A stretch of DNA of 64,000 nt from an uncultured Acidimicrobiaceae bacterium. Its GTDB lineage: Bacteria > Actinomycetota > Acidimicrobiia > Spongiisociales > UBA5794. A model generated the notes under the pieces. It was not told the DNA's origin, ran no database searches, and saw only the letters and a program-made list of their open reading frames with translations. Position numbers and translations under genes: made by a program. Positions 1 to 9,865 of this stretch are shown here, one piece after another (position 1 is the first letter of the stretch; each line of letters opens with the position of its first letter). The stretch is taken from the NCBI GenBank assembly GCA_964584755.1, contig CAZPAV010000004.1, positions 7,386 through 71,385 of the forward strand, written 5' to 3'.

Positions 1-291
1 GCCGAGATCCGCGAGGCCATCGAGGAGCCGGTCCAGGCCGTCGTCGACGCGGTGAAGTACACCCTCGACAAGACCCCTCCCGAGCTCGCCGCCGACGTCA
101 TGGAGCGGGGGATCGTCACGACCGGCGGTGGCGCCCTCCTCCGGGGTCTCGACGTTCGTCTCGCCCACGAGACGGGCATGCCGATCGTCACCGCCGACCA
201 CCCCCTGCAGAGCGTCGTCCTGGGCTCCGGCGCCTGCCTGGAGGAGTTCGAGGTGCTCCACGCCGTCCTGCAGTCGAGCGGCCGACCCTGA
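1..291 (+). CDS. mreB: Rod shape-determining protein MreB, C-terminal fragment (gene begins upstream of window)
   Basis: Frame open from nt 1; C-terminal actin-like ATPase sequence ...IVTTGGGALLRGLDVRLAHETGMPIVTADHPLQSVVLG typical of MreB; followed by mreC/mreD. Confidence 0.85.
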   Translation, partial: AEIREAIEEPVQAVVDAVKYTLDKTPPELAADVMERGIVTTGGGALLRGLDVRLAHETGMPIVTADHPLQSVVLGSGACLEEFEVLHAVLQSSGRP

Positions 292-309
292 CATGAGCCC
301 CCCGTCGGG

Positions 310-1209
310 ATGATGCTCCTCTCGGGCCGTCGCTTCGACCGCACGACCGCCCTCTTCCTGTCGCTCCTCGCCGTCGCCTTCCTCGTCGCCACCTTCGACG
401 TCCGGGCGCGCGGCGGCGGCGTGGGCGAGGTCCTCCGCAACGGAGCCCAGGAGCTGTTCGCCCCCGTGCAGAAAGGCATCGACCTGGCGGTGCGTCCCGT
501 GGTGGGACTCATCGACGGCGTCACCCACCTCGCCGGCCTCCGCGCCGAGAACGACCGTCTCCAGGCTCGCGTCACCGAGCTCGAGCAGCAGCTCCAGGAG
601 ACCGAGGCGCTCCAGCGGCGGGTCGCCGAGCTCGAGGCCATCAACGGCGTGGCGCCCCCGGAGGAGCTGCCGGCGATCACCGCCCAGATCTTCGCCGGCG
701 GATCCGGCACCTTCGACCAGGTGCGGTTCATCGACAAGGGATCCGACGACGGCGTCGTCGTCGGTCAGCCGGTCATCGACGAGTACGGCCTGGTGGGACG
801 CGTCGACCGGGTCACCCGTCACAACGCCCGGGTCCGGCTCATCAGCGACCCGCTCGTGTCGGTGGGGGTGCGCCTCCAGGGAACGAACGAGACCGGTATC
901 GTCACCGGTCGGGGGACGGGGGACCTCCGGCTCGAGATGTTCCGGGCGACGAAGCCGGTCCGCGAAGGCGACGTCGCGGTCACCGACGGCAGCCGATTCC
1001 CTCCCGGGATCGTCGTCGGGTACGTCACGAGAACCGCCGACGTCGTCGTCGGCTTCGAGCTCGTGACGACCGTCCGGCCCGCGGTCCCACTCTCCGAGGT
1101 CGACTTCGTCAAGGTCATCGTCGGCTGGTCACCCCTCGACGCCTCGGTCTCGGGGGACGACCGCACCGTCGAGCCGCCCGTGCACCTCCCCGGGGAGTCG
1201 GGACGATGA
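310..1209 (+). CDS. mreC: Rod shape-determining protein MreC
   Basis: N-terminal TM helix, coiled coil (LRAENDRLQARVTELEQQLQE), beta-rich C-terminus; position between mreB and mreD. Confidence 0.85.
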   Translation: MMLLSGRRFDRTTALFLSLLAVAFLVATFDVRARGGGVGEVLRNGAQELFAPVQKGIDLAVRPVVGLIDGVTHLAGLRAENDRLQARVTELEQQLQETEALQRRVAELEAINGVAPPEELPAITAQIFAGGSGTFDQVRFIDKGSDDGVVVGQPVIDEYGLVGRVDRVTRHNARVRLISDPLVSVGVRLQGTNETGIVTGRGTGDLRLEMFRATKPVREGDVAVTDGSRFPPGIVVGYVTRTADVVVGFELVTTVRPAVPLSEVDFVKVIVGWSPLDASVSGDDRTVEPPVHLPGESGR

Positions 1210-1715
1210 GGCGACGCCACATCCTCGGCGCCCTGGCGCTCGTCCTCGCCGCGGTCCTCCTCCAGACGACGGCGTTCGCCCCCAACCGCATCCAGCCGTT
1301 CGGAGCCGGACCCGACCTCGTCCTCCTCGTCGTCCTCGCCTGCTCCCGTCACCTCGACGCCGAGCCGGCGCTCCTCGTCGGCTTCACCGCCGGGTTCCTC
1401 GTGGACCTCCTCGGCGCCTCACCGCTGGGTCTGTGGGCCATGGCGCTCACCGTCGTCGCCTACGCCGTGATCCGACTCCGGGACCGCGAGGTCGAGGGTC
1501 CGTTCCTCCTCGTCGGGGTCTTCGCCCTGACGCTGCTCGGCGAGACGGCGTTCGTGGCGCTCGGGACCCTCTTCGGCCAGCAGACGCTCCTCGGCGGGCA
1601 GGTGCTGCGCAAGGTGCTCCTCGCCGGGGTGTACAACGTCCTCCTCGCCGTGCCGATCCTGTGGGGGACCGCCCGCCTCCTCGCCGCCGGCCCGAGCCGG
1701 AGGTGGGCGCGATGA
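1206..1715 (+). CDS. mreD: Rod shape-determining protein MreD
   Basis: Small polytopic membrane protein; ATGA overlap with mreC stop and with PBP2 start; synteny. Confidence 0.7.
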   Translation: MRRRHILGALALVLAAVLLQTTAFAPNRIQPFGAGPDLVLLVVLACSRHLDAEPALLVGFTAGFLVDLLGASPLGLWAMALTVVAYAVIRLRDREVEGPFLLVGVFALTLLGETAFVALGTLFGQQTLLGGQVLRKVLLAGVYNVLLAVPILWGTARLLAAGPSRRWAR

Positions 1716-4150
1716 GCGGCACGTGGCGGCTCGGCGTGCTCGGGGTCGTCTTCACCGCCCTCTTCGGGCTCCTCGTGCTGCGTCTGTGGAGCGTGCAGGT
1801 GACCTCGGCGGAGGCGTACGAGGAGCAGGCCATCCACAACCAGATCCGGCTCGTCCGCACGCCCGCACCCCGGGGGGACATCTTCGACCGGAAGGGCCGC
1901 CTCCTCGCCGGCACCCGGCCCTCGCTCGCCGCGGTCCTCGACCTCGGCCTCGTCCCGCCCGAAGGCATCGACGCGCTCGCCGCCCGGCTCTCCGCCTTCC
2001 TCGGCCGACCGGCGTCGGAGCTGCGGAACGAGATCACCCAGGCCGGCCGCGGCGACCAGATCGTGCTCGCCGACGGCCTCACCGACGACCAGGCCACCTT
2101 CCTCGCCGAGCACCGCGAGGACTTCCCCGGGGTGGCGATCATCCCCCAGCCGGTGCGCGACTACCCCCAGGGCGAGCTCGCCGCGCACGTCCTGGGCTAC
2201 ATCGGCCGGCCCAACAAGGACGACCTGGAGCGGCCCGGGGTGAAAGGCACCGACTTCGTAGGGAAGGCCGGGGTCGAGCGGTACTACGACGACGTGCTGC
2301 GGGGCACCGAGGGAATCATCAAGTACCAGGTGGACGCCCGGCGCAACGTCCTCGCCCAGCTCGAGGAACAGGATCCCGTTCCGGGGAACAACCTCGTCCT
2401 GACGATCGACGACGACGTGCAGCGGCAGCTCCAGCGGTCCCTCGCCGACGGGCTGCGCTTCGCCCGCCTCCTCGAGATGGAGGAGCGACGGACGGCCCTC
2501 GCCCAGGAGGGGGTCGAGGAGCGGCTGGCGGCCGCGCAACGGGAGGCGGAGAAGGCCGCCGCCGAGGCCCGGCAGGCCGCGGCGGAGGCGGGAAAGCCGA
2601 CGCCGCCGGAGGTCCCGGTGGAGATCGACCCGGGGAAGGTGCTCGGACCCCTGTACGACGGACTGCCCATCGACGCCAACGGCGTGTGCGTCGCCGTGGA
2701 GCGACACACGGTCGGAGTGGGGGAGCGGGTGGAGCTCAGCGGCCGGCGCCCCCGCGGCTTCACCCTCGAGGCGGTCTCCGGCGCCGGGGTGCGACGCACC
2801 GCCACGGTCGTCGTCGACGGGGCCCGCTACCGGGTGCGCCGGGGGGACCGCTTCGCCACCACCCTCCAGGTGGTCGACCTCAGCGACGACCGGATCGTCG
2901 TCTCCCACACCGACAAGTGGTGCCCGGTGCGGACCGTCGGCGTCGTCGAGGACCCCCGCGACGGATCCATCCTCGCCATGGACTCCTACCCGACGTTCGA
3001 CCCGTCGGCGTTCGTCGACGGGTTGACGCGGGAGGAGTGGGAGCGGCTCGGATCGGTCGCCGCCTTCACGAACTTCGCCGTCCAAGGCCAGTACGCGCCG
3101 GCGTCGACCTTCAAGGCCGTGGCGTACATGCTCGCCATGGAGGAGGGCATCTACCCGCTCGACCGGCCGGTCGAGGGGCGGACCATCTCGGGGGCGCCGG
3201 CCGACGGCACCGACGAGACCGCGCTGCAGCCGCTCACCTCCGACACCGACCCGTACAACTGCACCGGGAGCTTCCGCTTCCGGTTCGCCGACGGGACCTC
3301 CCAGGTGTTCCGGGACTGGAAGCGCTCCGGCCACGGTCCGCTCGACCTGCACGGCGCCGTCGAGGAGTCCTGCGACCTCTACTTCGGGGAGATCGCGCTC
3401 CGCATCTGGAACGAGCGCAACGATCCGAACGGCATCAACGACGAGAACCTCTTCCAGGAGTGGGCCCGCCGGTTCGGGTACGGATCCCCGACCGGGATCG
3501 ACCTGCCCTTCGAGGCCAAGGGACTCATCCCCGACCGGGAGTGGTTCCGGCAGGAGCAGGCGAAGGGCTCCGGGCGGGTCCGTGCCGAGGGGCCGTGGGT
3601 CGGCGGGGACCTGCTCAACGCCGTCATCGGGCAGGGCGACGTCCTCGCCACCCCCCTGCAGATCGCGAACGCGTACTCGGCGATGGTCAACGGCGGCACC
3701 CTGTGGCAGCCGCGGGTCGTCGCCGAGATCGTCGACCAGAACGGCGAGGTCGTCGACGAGAACCCCAAGCGGGTGCTGGCGACGATCCCGCTGTCGCCCC
3801 GGACGGTGCGACTGTTCCGGCAGGACCTCGGCCGGGTCGTCAACGGTCCCAACGGCACCGCCCGCCGTGCCTTCGCCAGCTTCGGCGACAACGTCGAGCG
3901 GGTCGGCGGCAAGACCGGCACCGGGGAGGTCATCAAGGCACCCCGCTCCCGACAGGTGTTCCAGGTCGACAACGGGCTCTTCGCCGGCGTGGCGCCGATC
4001 GACGATCCCCGCTACGTCGTGGTCGTCGTCGTCGAACGCGGCGGCAGCGGCGGCCGGGTCGCCGCGCCCATCGCCCGACAGGTCCTCCAGTACCTCGTCA
4101 ACGGCCCCGACGCCGTCACCCCGCTCGCGCCGGGCTCGGAGACGGACTGA
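1712..4150 (+). CDS. mrdA: Penicillin-binding protein 2 (peptidoglycan D,D-transpeptidase MrdA) with ~150-aa lineage-specific insertion
   Basis: Internal ATG (MSGTWRLGVLGVVF...) overlapping mreD stop. N-terminal TM anchor; transpeptidase motifs (ILAMDSYPTFDP, STFK, SGN-like, KTGTG). ORF track frame 1433..4150. Confidence 0.85.
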   Translation: MSGTWRLGVLGVVFTALFGLLVLRLWSVQVTSAEAYEEQAIHNQIRLVRTPAPRGDIFDRKGRLLAGTRPSLAAVLDLGLVPPEGIDALAARLSAFLGRPASELRNEITQAGRGDQIVLADGLTDDQATFLAEHREDFPGVAIIPQPVRDYPQGELAAHVLGYIGRPNKDDLERPGVKGTDFVGKAGVERYYDDVLRGTEGIIKYQVDARRNVLAQLEEQDPVPGNNLVLTIDDDVQRQLQRSLADGLRFARLLEMEERRTALAQEGVEERLAAAQREAEKAAAEARQAAAEAGKPTPPEVPVEIDPGKVLGPLYDGLPIDANGVCVAVERHTVGVGERVELSGRRPRGFTLEAVSGAGVRRTATVVVDGARYRVRRGDRFATTLQVVDLSDDRIVVSHTDKWCPVRTVGVVEDPRDGSILAMDSYPTFDPSAFVDGLTREEWERLGSVAAFTNFAVQGQYAPASTFKAVAYMLAMEEGIYPLDRPVEGRTISGAPADGTDETALQPLTSDTDPYNCTGSFRFRFADGTSQVFRDWKRSGHGPLDLHGAVEESCDLYFGEIALRIWNERNDPNGINDENLFQEWARRFGYGSPTGIDLPFEAKGLIPDREWFRQEQAKGSGRVRAEGPWVGGDLLNAVIGQGDVLATPLQIANAYSAMVNGGTLWQPRVVAEIVDQNGEVVDENPKRVLATIPLSPRTVRLFRQDLGRVVNGPNGTARRAFASFGDNVERVGGKTGTGEVIKAPRSRQVFQVDNGLFAGVAPIDDPRYVVVVVVERGGSGGRVAAPIARQVLQYLVNGPDAVTPLAPGSETD

Positions 4151-5322
4151 TGTCCACCGACGTCCGGGAACGGTCCACGGTGACGCTCTTCCCCCGGGAG
4201 CGGCCGCTGCGCCCCGACCTCTTCCTCATCGTCCCCTACCTCGTCCTCTCCGCCTTCGGGCTCCTCATGGTGTACTCGGCCTCGGCGCCGCGCCTCGAGG
4301 CCCTGGGGATCGACCCGGCCCGGGACCTCAAGCGGCAGGCGGTCTTCGTCGTCCTCGGGTTCGTCGTGTTCACCATCACCTCGGCGATCGACATCCGCTC
4401 GGTCCGCGCCTGGGTGCCGCTGATCTACGGCGTCGCCGTCGTCACCCTCGTCCTCGTCCTCTCGCCCGCCGGAGAGAACGTCAAGGGGGCGCAGCGCTGG
4501 ATCCCGCTCGGACCGTTCCAGTTCCAGCCGTCGGAGGTGGCGAAGATCGCGGTCGTGCTGGGCCTCGCCGCCCTCCTCGCCGGCTCCGGACCCGGCCCGC
4601 TGCGGTGGCACCGGGTCGTGCGCGCCCTCTCCCTCGTCGGCCTCCCCGCCGTCCTCATCTTCTTCCAACCCGACCTCGGCACGATGCTCGTCTTCGCCTT
4701 CGTCGTGATCGTCATGCTCTTCGCCGCCAACGCCACCTGGCGACAGCTCGCCTCCCTCGTCATCGCCGCGCTCGTGGGGACGACGGGCATCTTCCGCATG
4801 GGGGCGATCCGGGCGTATCAGCTCGCCCGACTCACCGCCTTCCTCGACCCCACCGCCGACCCTATCGGCGCCGGGTACAACCAGCTCCAGAGCGAGATCG
4901 CCATCGGCACCGGAGGTCTCGCCGGGAAGGGCCTCTTCCAGGGGTCGCAGACGAACCTCCGCTTCGTCCCGGAGCAGACGACGGACTTCATCTTCACCGC
5001 CGTCGGAGAGCAGTTCGGGTTCCTGGGGAGCGCCTTCGTCATCGTGCTGTACGGCCTCATCGTGTGGCGGATCCTCGTCGCCGCGGCGAGCGCCCCGGAC
5101 CGATTCAGCCGGTTGGTGGCGGTGGGGGTCGCCGGGCTCGTCGCTTTCCACGTCTTCGTCAACATCGGCATGACGGTGCGCCTCATGCCGGTCACCGGCC
5201 TCCCGCTGCCGTTCATGTCGGCCGGGGGAACGGTCTTCCTCGCCCTGAGCGCCGCCCTCGGACTCGCCCACTCCGTCTGGCTGCGGCGCACCCCCAGCCC
5301 CGGGGAGCGCTTCGAGCGCTGA
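4150..5322 (+). CDS. rodA: SEDS-family peptidoglycan glycosyltransferase RodA (FtsW/RodA/SpoVE)
   Basis: MSTDVRERS... start overlapping PBP2 stop (TGATG); ~10 TM helices; conserved SEDS motifs (PSEVAKIAVVL, GTMLVFAFV...); immediately downstream of PBP2. Confidence 0.85.
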   Translation: MSTDVRERSTVTLFPRERPLRPDLFLIVPYLVLSAFGLLMVYSASAPRLEALGIDPARDLKRQAVFVVLGFVVFTITSAIDIRSVRAWVPLIYGVAVVTLVLVLSPAGENVKGAQRWIPLGPFQFQPSEVAKIAVVLGLAALLAGSGPGPLRWHRVVRALSLVGLPAVLIFFQPDLGTMLVFAFVVIVMLFAANATWRQLASLVIAALVGTTGIFRMGAIRAYQLARLTAFLDPTADPIGAGYNQLQSEIAIGTGGLAGKGLFQGSQTNLRFVPEQTTDFIFTAVGEQFGFLGSAFVIVLYGLIVWRILVAAASAPDRFSRLVAVGVAGLVAFHVFVNIGMTVRLMPVTGLPLPFMSAGGTVFLALSAALGLAHSVWLRRTPSPGERFER

Positions 5323-5358
5323 CGGCGCACCCGCGCCGCCGCGGCTACGCTCCGGCCG

Positions 5359-5952
5359 ATGCTGCGACGCGCCGACCAGGGATGGCTCGAGGTCATCGCC
5401 GGACCCATGTTCTCCGGCAAGAGCGAGGAGCTCATCCGTCGCGTCACCCGGTACCGGCTGGCCCGGATCCCCACCCAGATCTTCAAACCCGCGCTCGATA
5501 CCCGCTACGGGCCGACAGAGGTCGTCTCCCACAGCCGGCTCTCGGTGGCGGCCCGACCGGTGTCCGACGCCGAGGAGCTGCTCCGGTCGGTGGAGGACCG
5601 GACCGTCGTGGTGGGGATCGACGAAGGCCAGTTCTTCGACGAGCGGCTCGTCGAGGTGGCCGCCCTCCTCGCCCGGGCCGGGAAGAAGGTCATCGTCGCC
5701 GGGCTCGACCTCGACTACCTGGGCCGGCCCTTCGAGCCGATCCCCTCGCTCATGCTCCGGGCCGAGTACGTCATGAAGACCCTGGCGGTGTGCCATCGCT
5801 GCGGCGGCCCGGGGCTCTTCACGCAACGGGTCGTCGAGAGCGACGAGCTCGTCGTCCTCGGCGCCGCCGGCGCCTACGAGGCCCGCTGCCGCCGCTGCTA
5901 CGACCCCGACGAGGTGCACCAGGCCCGTCTCGTCGAGGACGACACCGCCTGA
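5359..5952 (+). CDS. tdk: Thymidine kinase
   Basis: P-loop GPMFSGKSEEL near N-terminus; C-terminal Zn-ribbon CHRCG...CRRC; length 197 aa. Confidence 0.85.
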   Translation: MLRRADQGWLEVIAGPMFSGKSEELIRRVTRYRLARIPTQIFKPALDTRYGPTEVVSHSRLSVAARPVSDAEELLRSVEDRTVVVGIDEGQFFDERLVEVAALLARAGKKVIVAGLDLDYLGRPFEPIPSLMLRAEYVMKTLAVCHRCGGPGLFTQRVVESDELVVLGAAGAYEARCRRCYDPDEVHQARLVEDDTA

Positions 5953-6249
5953 GGCCACGCCGGGGACCCTGCACCGGTTTGGGCCCGCCGCCTGTTACCC
6001 TCGGATGAGGATCGACCGCGCCACGCGGTCGAACGGTTTTCAACCCGGGACACCATGACGGACCTGCGCCCTCTCGCATCGTCGCATCGCGTCCCCGGCA
6101 CCGCACCGGGGGTTCCGCGCCGATGAGGCCCACCGTCACCGGCGCGGCCGGTCCGCCGGTCCGTCACATCGGGACGGTCACCCGATGGTCCTCCCGGGGT
6201 CCGCAGTCGAACCGGAGGCGCCCCCCGGGGCCCCCGAAGGAGTCATGGG

Positions 6250-7797
6250 ATGGGATTGTTCCGCAAGAAGACGGCTCGCGTCCTGAGGAAGGGCACCGCC
6301 GTCGAAGAACGCAAGGTCCGGACCGTCGACGGCGAGGCCGTCACGGTCCGGAAGTTCGTCAAGGAGCCGGAGGCCACCCCGTCGGAGGGCACCGCCCGGC
6401 GTAGCAAGAGCGGAGCGCCGCGGCCGCGCGCCGGCGACCGCAGGAAACGGAAGAAGGGGGAGGAGCGGCGCGAGCGGCGTCCCCGTCCCCACCTCGAGGT
6501 CGTCCCGCCGCCGGAGACGGCCCGCAAGCAGATGCTCGTGCGGCGGAGCCCGCACCAGACCCAGATCGTCGTCCTCGAGGGCCCGGTGCTCGTGGAGCAC
6601 TACGTGGCCCGCTCCGATCAGCGCTCCCTGGTGGGGAACGTCTACATGGGGAAGGTCCGCAACGTCCTCCCCGGCATGGAGGCGGCGTTCGTCGACTTCG
6701 GCGAGGGGAAGAACGGGGTCCTCTACGCCGGGGACGTCAACTACGACGAGATGGATCTCGAGGGCCGGCCCCGTCGCATCGAGATGGCGTTGCAGCCCGG
6801 CGATCCGGTCCTCGTCCAGGTCGTCAAGGACGCCATGGGCCACAAGGGGGCGCGGCTGACGAACCAGATCAGCCTCGCCGGCCGCTACCTCGTGCTCGCC
6901 CCGGACGCCGACGTCAAGGGGATCTCGCGGCGGCTCTCCGACGACGAGCGGCGCCGCCTGCGCGAGATCGTCGGCGAGCTCCGTCCCAAGGGCATGGGGA
7001 TCATCGTCCGCACCGCGGCCGAGGGCGCCAGTCGCGCCGACATCGAGGCCGACATCCAGCGTCTCCTCGGGACCTGGGAGGAGATCACCCGTCGCCGGGG
7101 GGAGGTGGCGGCGCCGGCCCTCATCTACGAGGAGCCCCCGCTCGTCCTGCGCGTCATCCGGGAGCACTTCACCAAGGACTTCCGGCGGCTCCTCATCGAC
7201 GACGACGAGACGTACCACGCCGTGATCGAGTACCTGCGCACCACCGAGCCGGACCTCGTGGAGAAGGTGAAGCGGTACGAGGACGAGCTGCCGCTCTTCG
7301 ACCGCTTCCACGTCAACGACCAGCTCCGCAAGGCGCTCGACCGGAAGGTGTGGCTCCCCTCGGGCGGCCACATCGTCATCGACCGGACGGAGGCCCTCAC
7401 GGTCATCGACGTGAACACGGGCCGTTTCGTGGGCCACTCGAACCTCGAGGAGACCGTGCTCCAGAACAACCTCGAGGCGGCGGAGGAGATCGCGCGCCAA
7501 CTGCGCCTGCGCGACATCGGCGGCATCATCGTCATCGACTTCATCGACATGGAGATCACCAAGAACCGGGAGGCGGTGCTGCAGCGCTTCCGGGAGCACC
7601 TCGCCAAGGACAAGATGCGCACCCAGGTCTTCGACGTCTCCCACCTCGGGCTCGTCGAGATGACCCGCAAGAACGTCTCCGCCGGGCTCCTGGAGTCCTT
7701 CTCGGAGGTCTGCCCGCGCTGCAACGGGCGGGGGATCGTCCTGTACGAGGACGCCGCGATCGGCGGAGGACCCCTGCCGAACCCCGGCGAGGGGTGA
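6250..7797 (+). CDS. Ribonuclease E/G family endoribonuclease (short form, R/K-rich N-terminal tail)
   Basis: S1 domain (YMGKVRNVLPGMEAAFVDFGEGKNGVLY) followed by RNase E/G catalytic core (DVNTGRF, Zn-link CPRCNGRG); AAGGAG SD 7 nt upstream of ATG 6250. Confidence 0.8.
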   Translation: MGLFRKKTARVLRKGTAVEERKVRTVDGEAVTVRKFVKEPEATPSEGTARRSKSGAPRPRAGDRRKRKKGEERRERRPRPHLEVVPPPETARKQMLVRRSPHQTQIVVLEGPVLVEHYVARSDQRSLVGNVYMGKVRNVLPGMEAAFVDFGEGKNGVLYAGDVNYDEMDLEGRPRRIEMALQPGDPVLVQVVKDAMGHKGARLTNQISLAGRYLVLAPDADVKGISRRLSDDERRRLREIVGELRPKGMGIIVRTAAEGASRADIEADIQRLLGTWEEITRRRGEVAAPALIYEEPPLVLRVIREHFTKDFRRLLIDDDETYHAVIEYLRTTEPDLVEKVKRYEDELPLFDRFHVNDQLRKALDRKVWLPSGGHIVIDRTEALTVIDVNTGRFVGHSNLEETVLQNNLEAAEEIARQLRLRDIGGIIVIDFIDMEITKNREAVLQRFREHLAKDKMRTQVFDVSHLGLVEMTRKNVSAGLLESFSEVCPRCNGRGIVLYEDAAIGGGPLPNPGEG

Positions 7798-7897
7798 CGG
7801 AGGCGCTCCGGGCGCGCTATCATCTCCGCGGCGCCTCCGCGGAGGCGTCCCACCGCGCCGGGAGACCCCGGCCACCCCGAGACGAGTACCGAGGACG

Positions 7898-8269
7898 ATG
7901 TACGCGATCATCCGCGTCGGCGGGAAACAGGCGAAGGTCCGCGAGGGCGATGTGCTCGACGTGGAGCGCATCAAGCAGACCGGTCCGGTGACGTTCCGGC
8001 CCCTCCTCGTCGTCGGCGAGGACGGAACGGTCGTCGCCGAGCGGGAGCGCCTCGCCGAGGCGGCGGTCACCGCCGACGTGGTGGGGGAGACCCGCGGCCC
8101 GAAGATCGACATCTTCAAGTACAAGGCCAAGACCGGGTACCGGCGGCGCAGCGGCCACCGGCAGACCTACACGCGGATCAGGATCACCGGGATCTCGCTC
8201 CCGGATGCGACGGCGGAGGTGCCGGCCGACGAGCCGGTCGAGGCCGCGGCCGCCGACGAGGAGGCGTAA
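7898..8269 (+). CDS. rplU: 50S ribosomal protein L21 (with acidic C-terminal extension)
   Basis: [20 protein letters not shown]... canonical L21 N-terminus; followed by rpmA. Confidence 0.9.
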   Translation: MYAIIRVGGKQAKVREGDVLDVERIKQTGPVTFRPLLVVGEDGTVVAERERLAEAAVTADVVGETRGPKIDIFKYKAKTGYRRRSGHRQTYTRIRITGISLPDATAEVPADEPVEAAAADEEA

Positions 8270-8271
8270 CG

Positions 8272-8526
8272 ATGTCGAAGACGAAGGCCAGCGGGTCGAG
8301 CAAGAACGGCCGCGACTCGGCGGCGAAGCGCCTCGGGCCGAAGGTGTTCGACGGCCAGACGGTACGCAGCGGCGCCATCCTCGTGCGGCAGCGGGGGACG
8401 CGCATCCATCCCGGCGACAACGTCGGCCGGGGCGGCGACGACACGCTCTACGCGCTGCGCGACGGCGTCGTCAAGTACGGCACCCGGCGGGGACGTCGCC
8501 AGGTGTCCGTCCTCCTCGACCGCTGA
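8272..8526 (+). CDS. rpmA: 50S ribosomal protein L27
   Basis: [22 protein letters not shown]...[13 protein letters not shown] canonical L27. Confidence 0.9.
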   Translation: MSKTKASGSSKNGRDSAAKRLGPKVFDGQTVRSGAILVRQRGTRIHPGDNVGRGGDDTLYALRDGVVKYGTRRGRRQVSVLLDR

Positions 8527-8596
8527 GTCCCGCCCGGGCGCGGCCCGGGTCGTGGCGTCCCGGCGGCTTCCCCGCGAAACGGGCTACCGTCCCGGC

Positions 8597-9865
8597 ATGT
8601 TCGTCGACAGGGCACGGATCGAGGTGCGGGGCGGATCCGGTGGCGCCGGCGTCGCCGCCTTCGAACGCCGCCGCGGCCGGCCCCGCGGGCGCCCCACCGG
8701 CGGCTCGGGCGGCTCGGGCGGCTCAGTGATCCTCCGCGCCGATCCCCAGGTGGCGAGCCTCCTGCGCTACGACCGGCATCCCCACTGGAGCGCCGGGGAC
8801 GCCACCCACGGGGAGGGTGATCTCCGCCACGGTCGTCACGGGGCGGACCTCGTGCTGCCGGTTCCCCTCGGCACCGTCGTCCGGGACGAGGACGGGACCC
8901 TCCTCGCCGATCTCGTCGAGCCCGGCCAGGAGCTCGTCGTCGCCCGGGGAGGACGGGGGGGACGCGGCAACGCCGCCTTCGTCTCCCCGGAGCACCGCGC
9001 CCCGGCGTTCGCCGAGCAGGGGGAGTACGGGGAACGCCGCATCCTCGTCCTCGAGCTCCGCCTCGCCGCCGACGCCGCCCTCATCGGCTTCCCCAACGCC
9101 GGCAAGAGCACCCTCATCGCCGGCGTGTCCGCCGCCCGGCCGAAGATCGCCGACTACCCCTTCACCACGCTGCGTCCCCACCTCGGGGTGGTCGCGCTGG
9201 AGGGGCGCGAGTTCGTCCTCGCCGACATCCCCGGACTCGTGGAGGGCGCCGCCGAGGGGCGCGGGCTGGGGCACGAGTTCCTGCGCCACACGGAACGGGC
9301 CCGGGTCCTCGTCGTCCTCCTCGACCCCTCACCGCTCCAGGCCGATCCGCCGGAACGTCAGTACGACGTCCTTCTCGGGGAGCTCGAGGCGCACCGCCCG
9401 GAGCTGCTGGAACGCCCCCGCGTCGTCGCCCTCAACAAGATCGACCTCGTCGACGACGTGGAGGACCGGTTGCGCTGGGCGGAGCGGCGCGGCGTGACGG
9501 TCCTCCCGGTCTCGGCAGTGACCGGCTCCGGCGTCGACCGGCTCCTGCACACCGTCGCCGACCGCGTCGAGGCCGCGGTGCGGGACGCCCCGGAGCGAGG
9601 CGGGTACGTGCTGCACCGTCCCGTCCCTCCCGGCTTCGCGGTGGCGCGGGACGGGACCGGCTGGGTGGTCACCGGGCGCGCCGCCGAGCGGGCGGTCAAC
9701 CTCGACGACCTGACCGTGCCCGAGGCGGCGGCGTTCGTCGCCCGGCGTCTCGCCCGGTTGGGCATCGACGACGCGCTCCGCCGCGCCGGGGCGAAGCCCG
9801 GCGACGACGTGCGGATCGGGGATCTCGTCTTCACGTTCGACCCCGAGGAGGAGGCGGCACGATGA
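8597..9865 (+). CDS. obg: GTPase Obg/CgtA
   Basis: MFVDRARIEVRGGSGGAG glycine-rich Obg fold; G-domain motifs (GFPNAGKST, DIPGLVEGA, NKIDL); C-terminal OCT/TGS-like domain. Alternative upstream ATG at 8552. Confidence 0.9.
   Translation: MFVDRARIEVRGGSGGAGVAAFERRRGRPRGRPTGGSGGSGGSVILRADPQVASLLRYDRHPHWSAGDATHGEGDLRHGRHGADLVLPVPLGTVVRDEDGTLLADLVEPGQELVVARGGRGGRGNAAFVSPEHRAPAFAEQGEYGERRILVLELRLAADAALIGFPNAGKSTLIAGVSAARPKIADYPFTTLRPHLGVVALEGREFVLADIPGLVEGAAEGRGLGHEFLRHTERARVLVVLLDPSPLQADPPERQYDVLLGELEAHRPELLERPRVVALNKIDLVDDVEDRLRWAERRGVTVLPVSAVTGSGVDRLLHTVADRVEAAVRDAPERGGYVLHRPVPPGFAVARDGTGWVVTGRAAERAVNLDDLTVPEAAAFVARRLARLGIDDALRRAGAKPGDDVRIGDLVFTFDPEEEAAR

Noticed and set aside
1460-3352. 630-aa minus-strand ORF antisense to PBP2 (similarly 4012..5958 -, 6178..8130 -, 1447..2142 -, 2284..2805 -)
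   Set aside because: Arg/Pro/Gly-rich low-complexity translations typical of stop-poor antisense frames in high-GC DNA. They fully overlap well-supported genes with recognisable motifs on the other strand.
1723-5322. 1199-aa plus-strand ORF spanning PBP2 and RodA
   Set aside because: Only the last ~390 aa (RodA, from ATG 4150) are real. The upstream part is an out-of-frame shadow of PBP2 with R/P/G-rich nonsense sequence.
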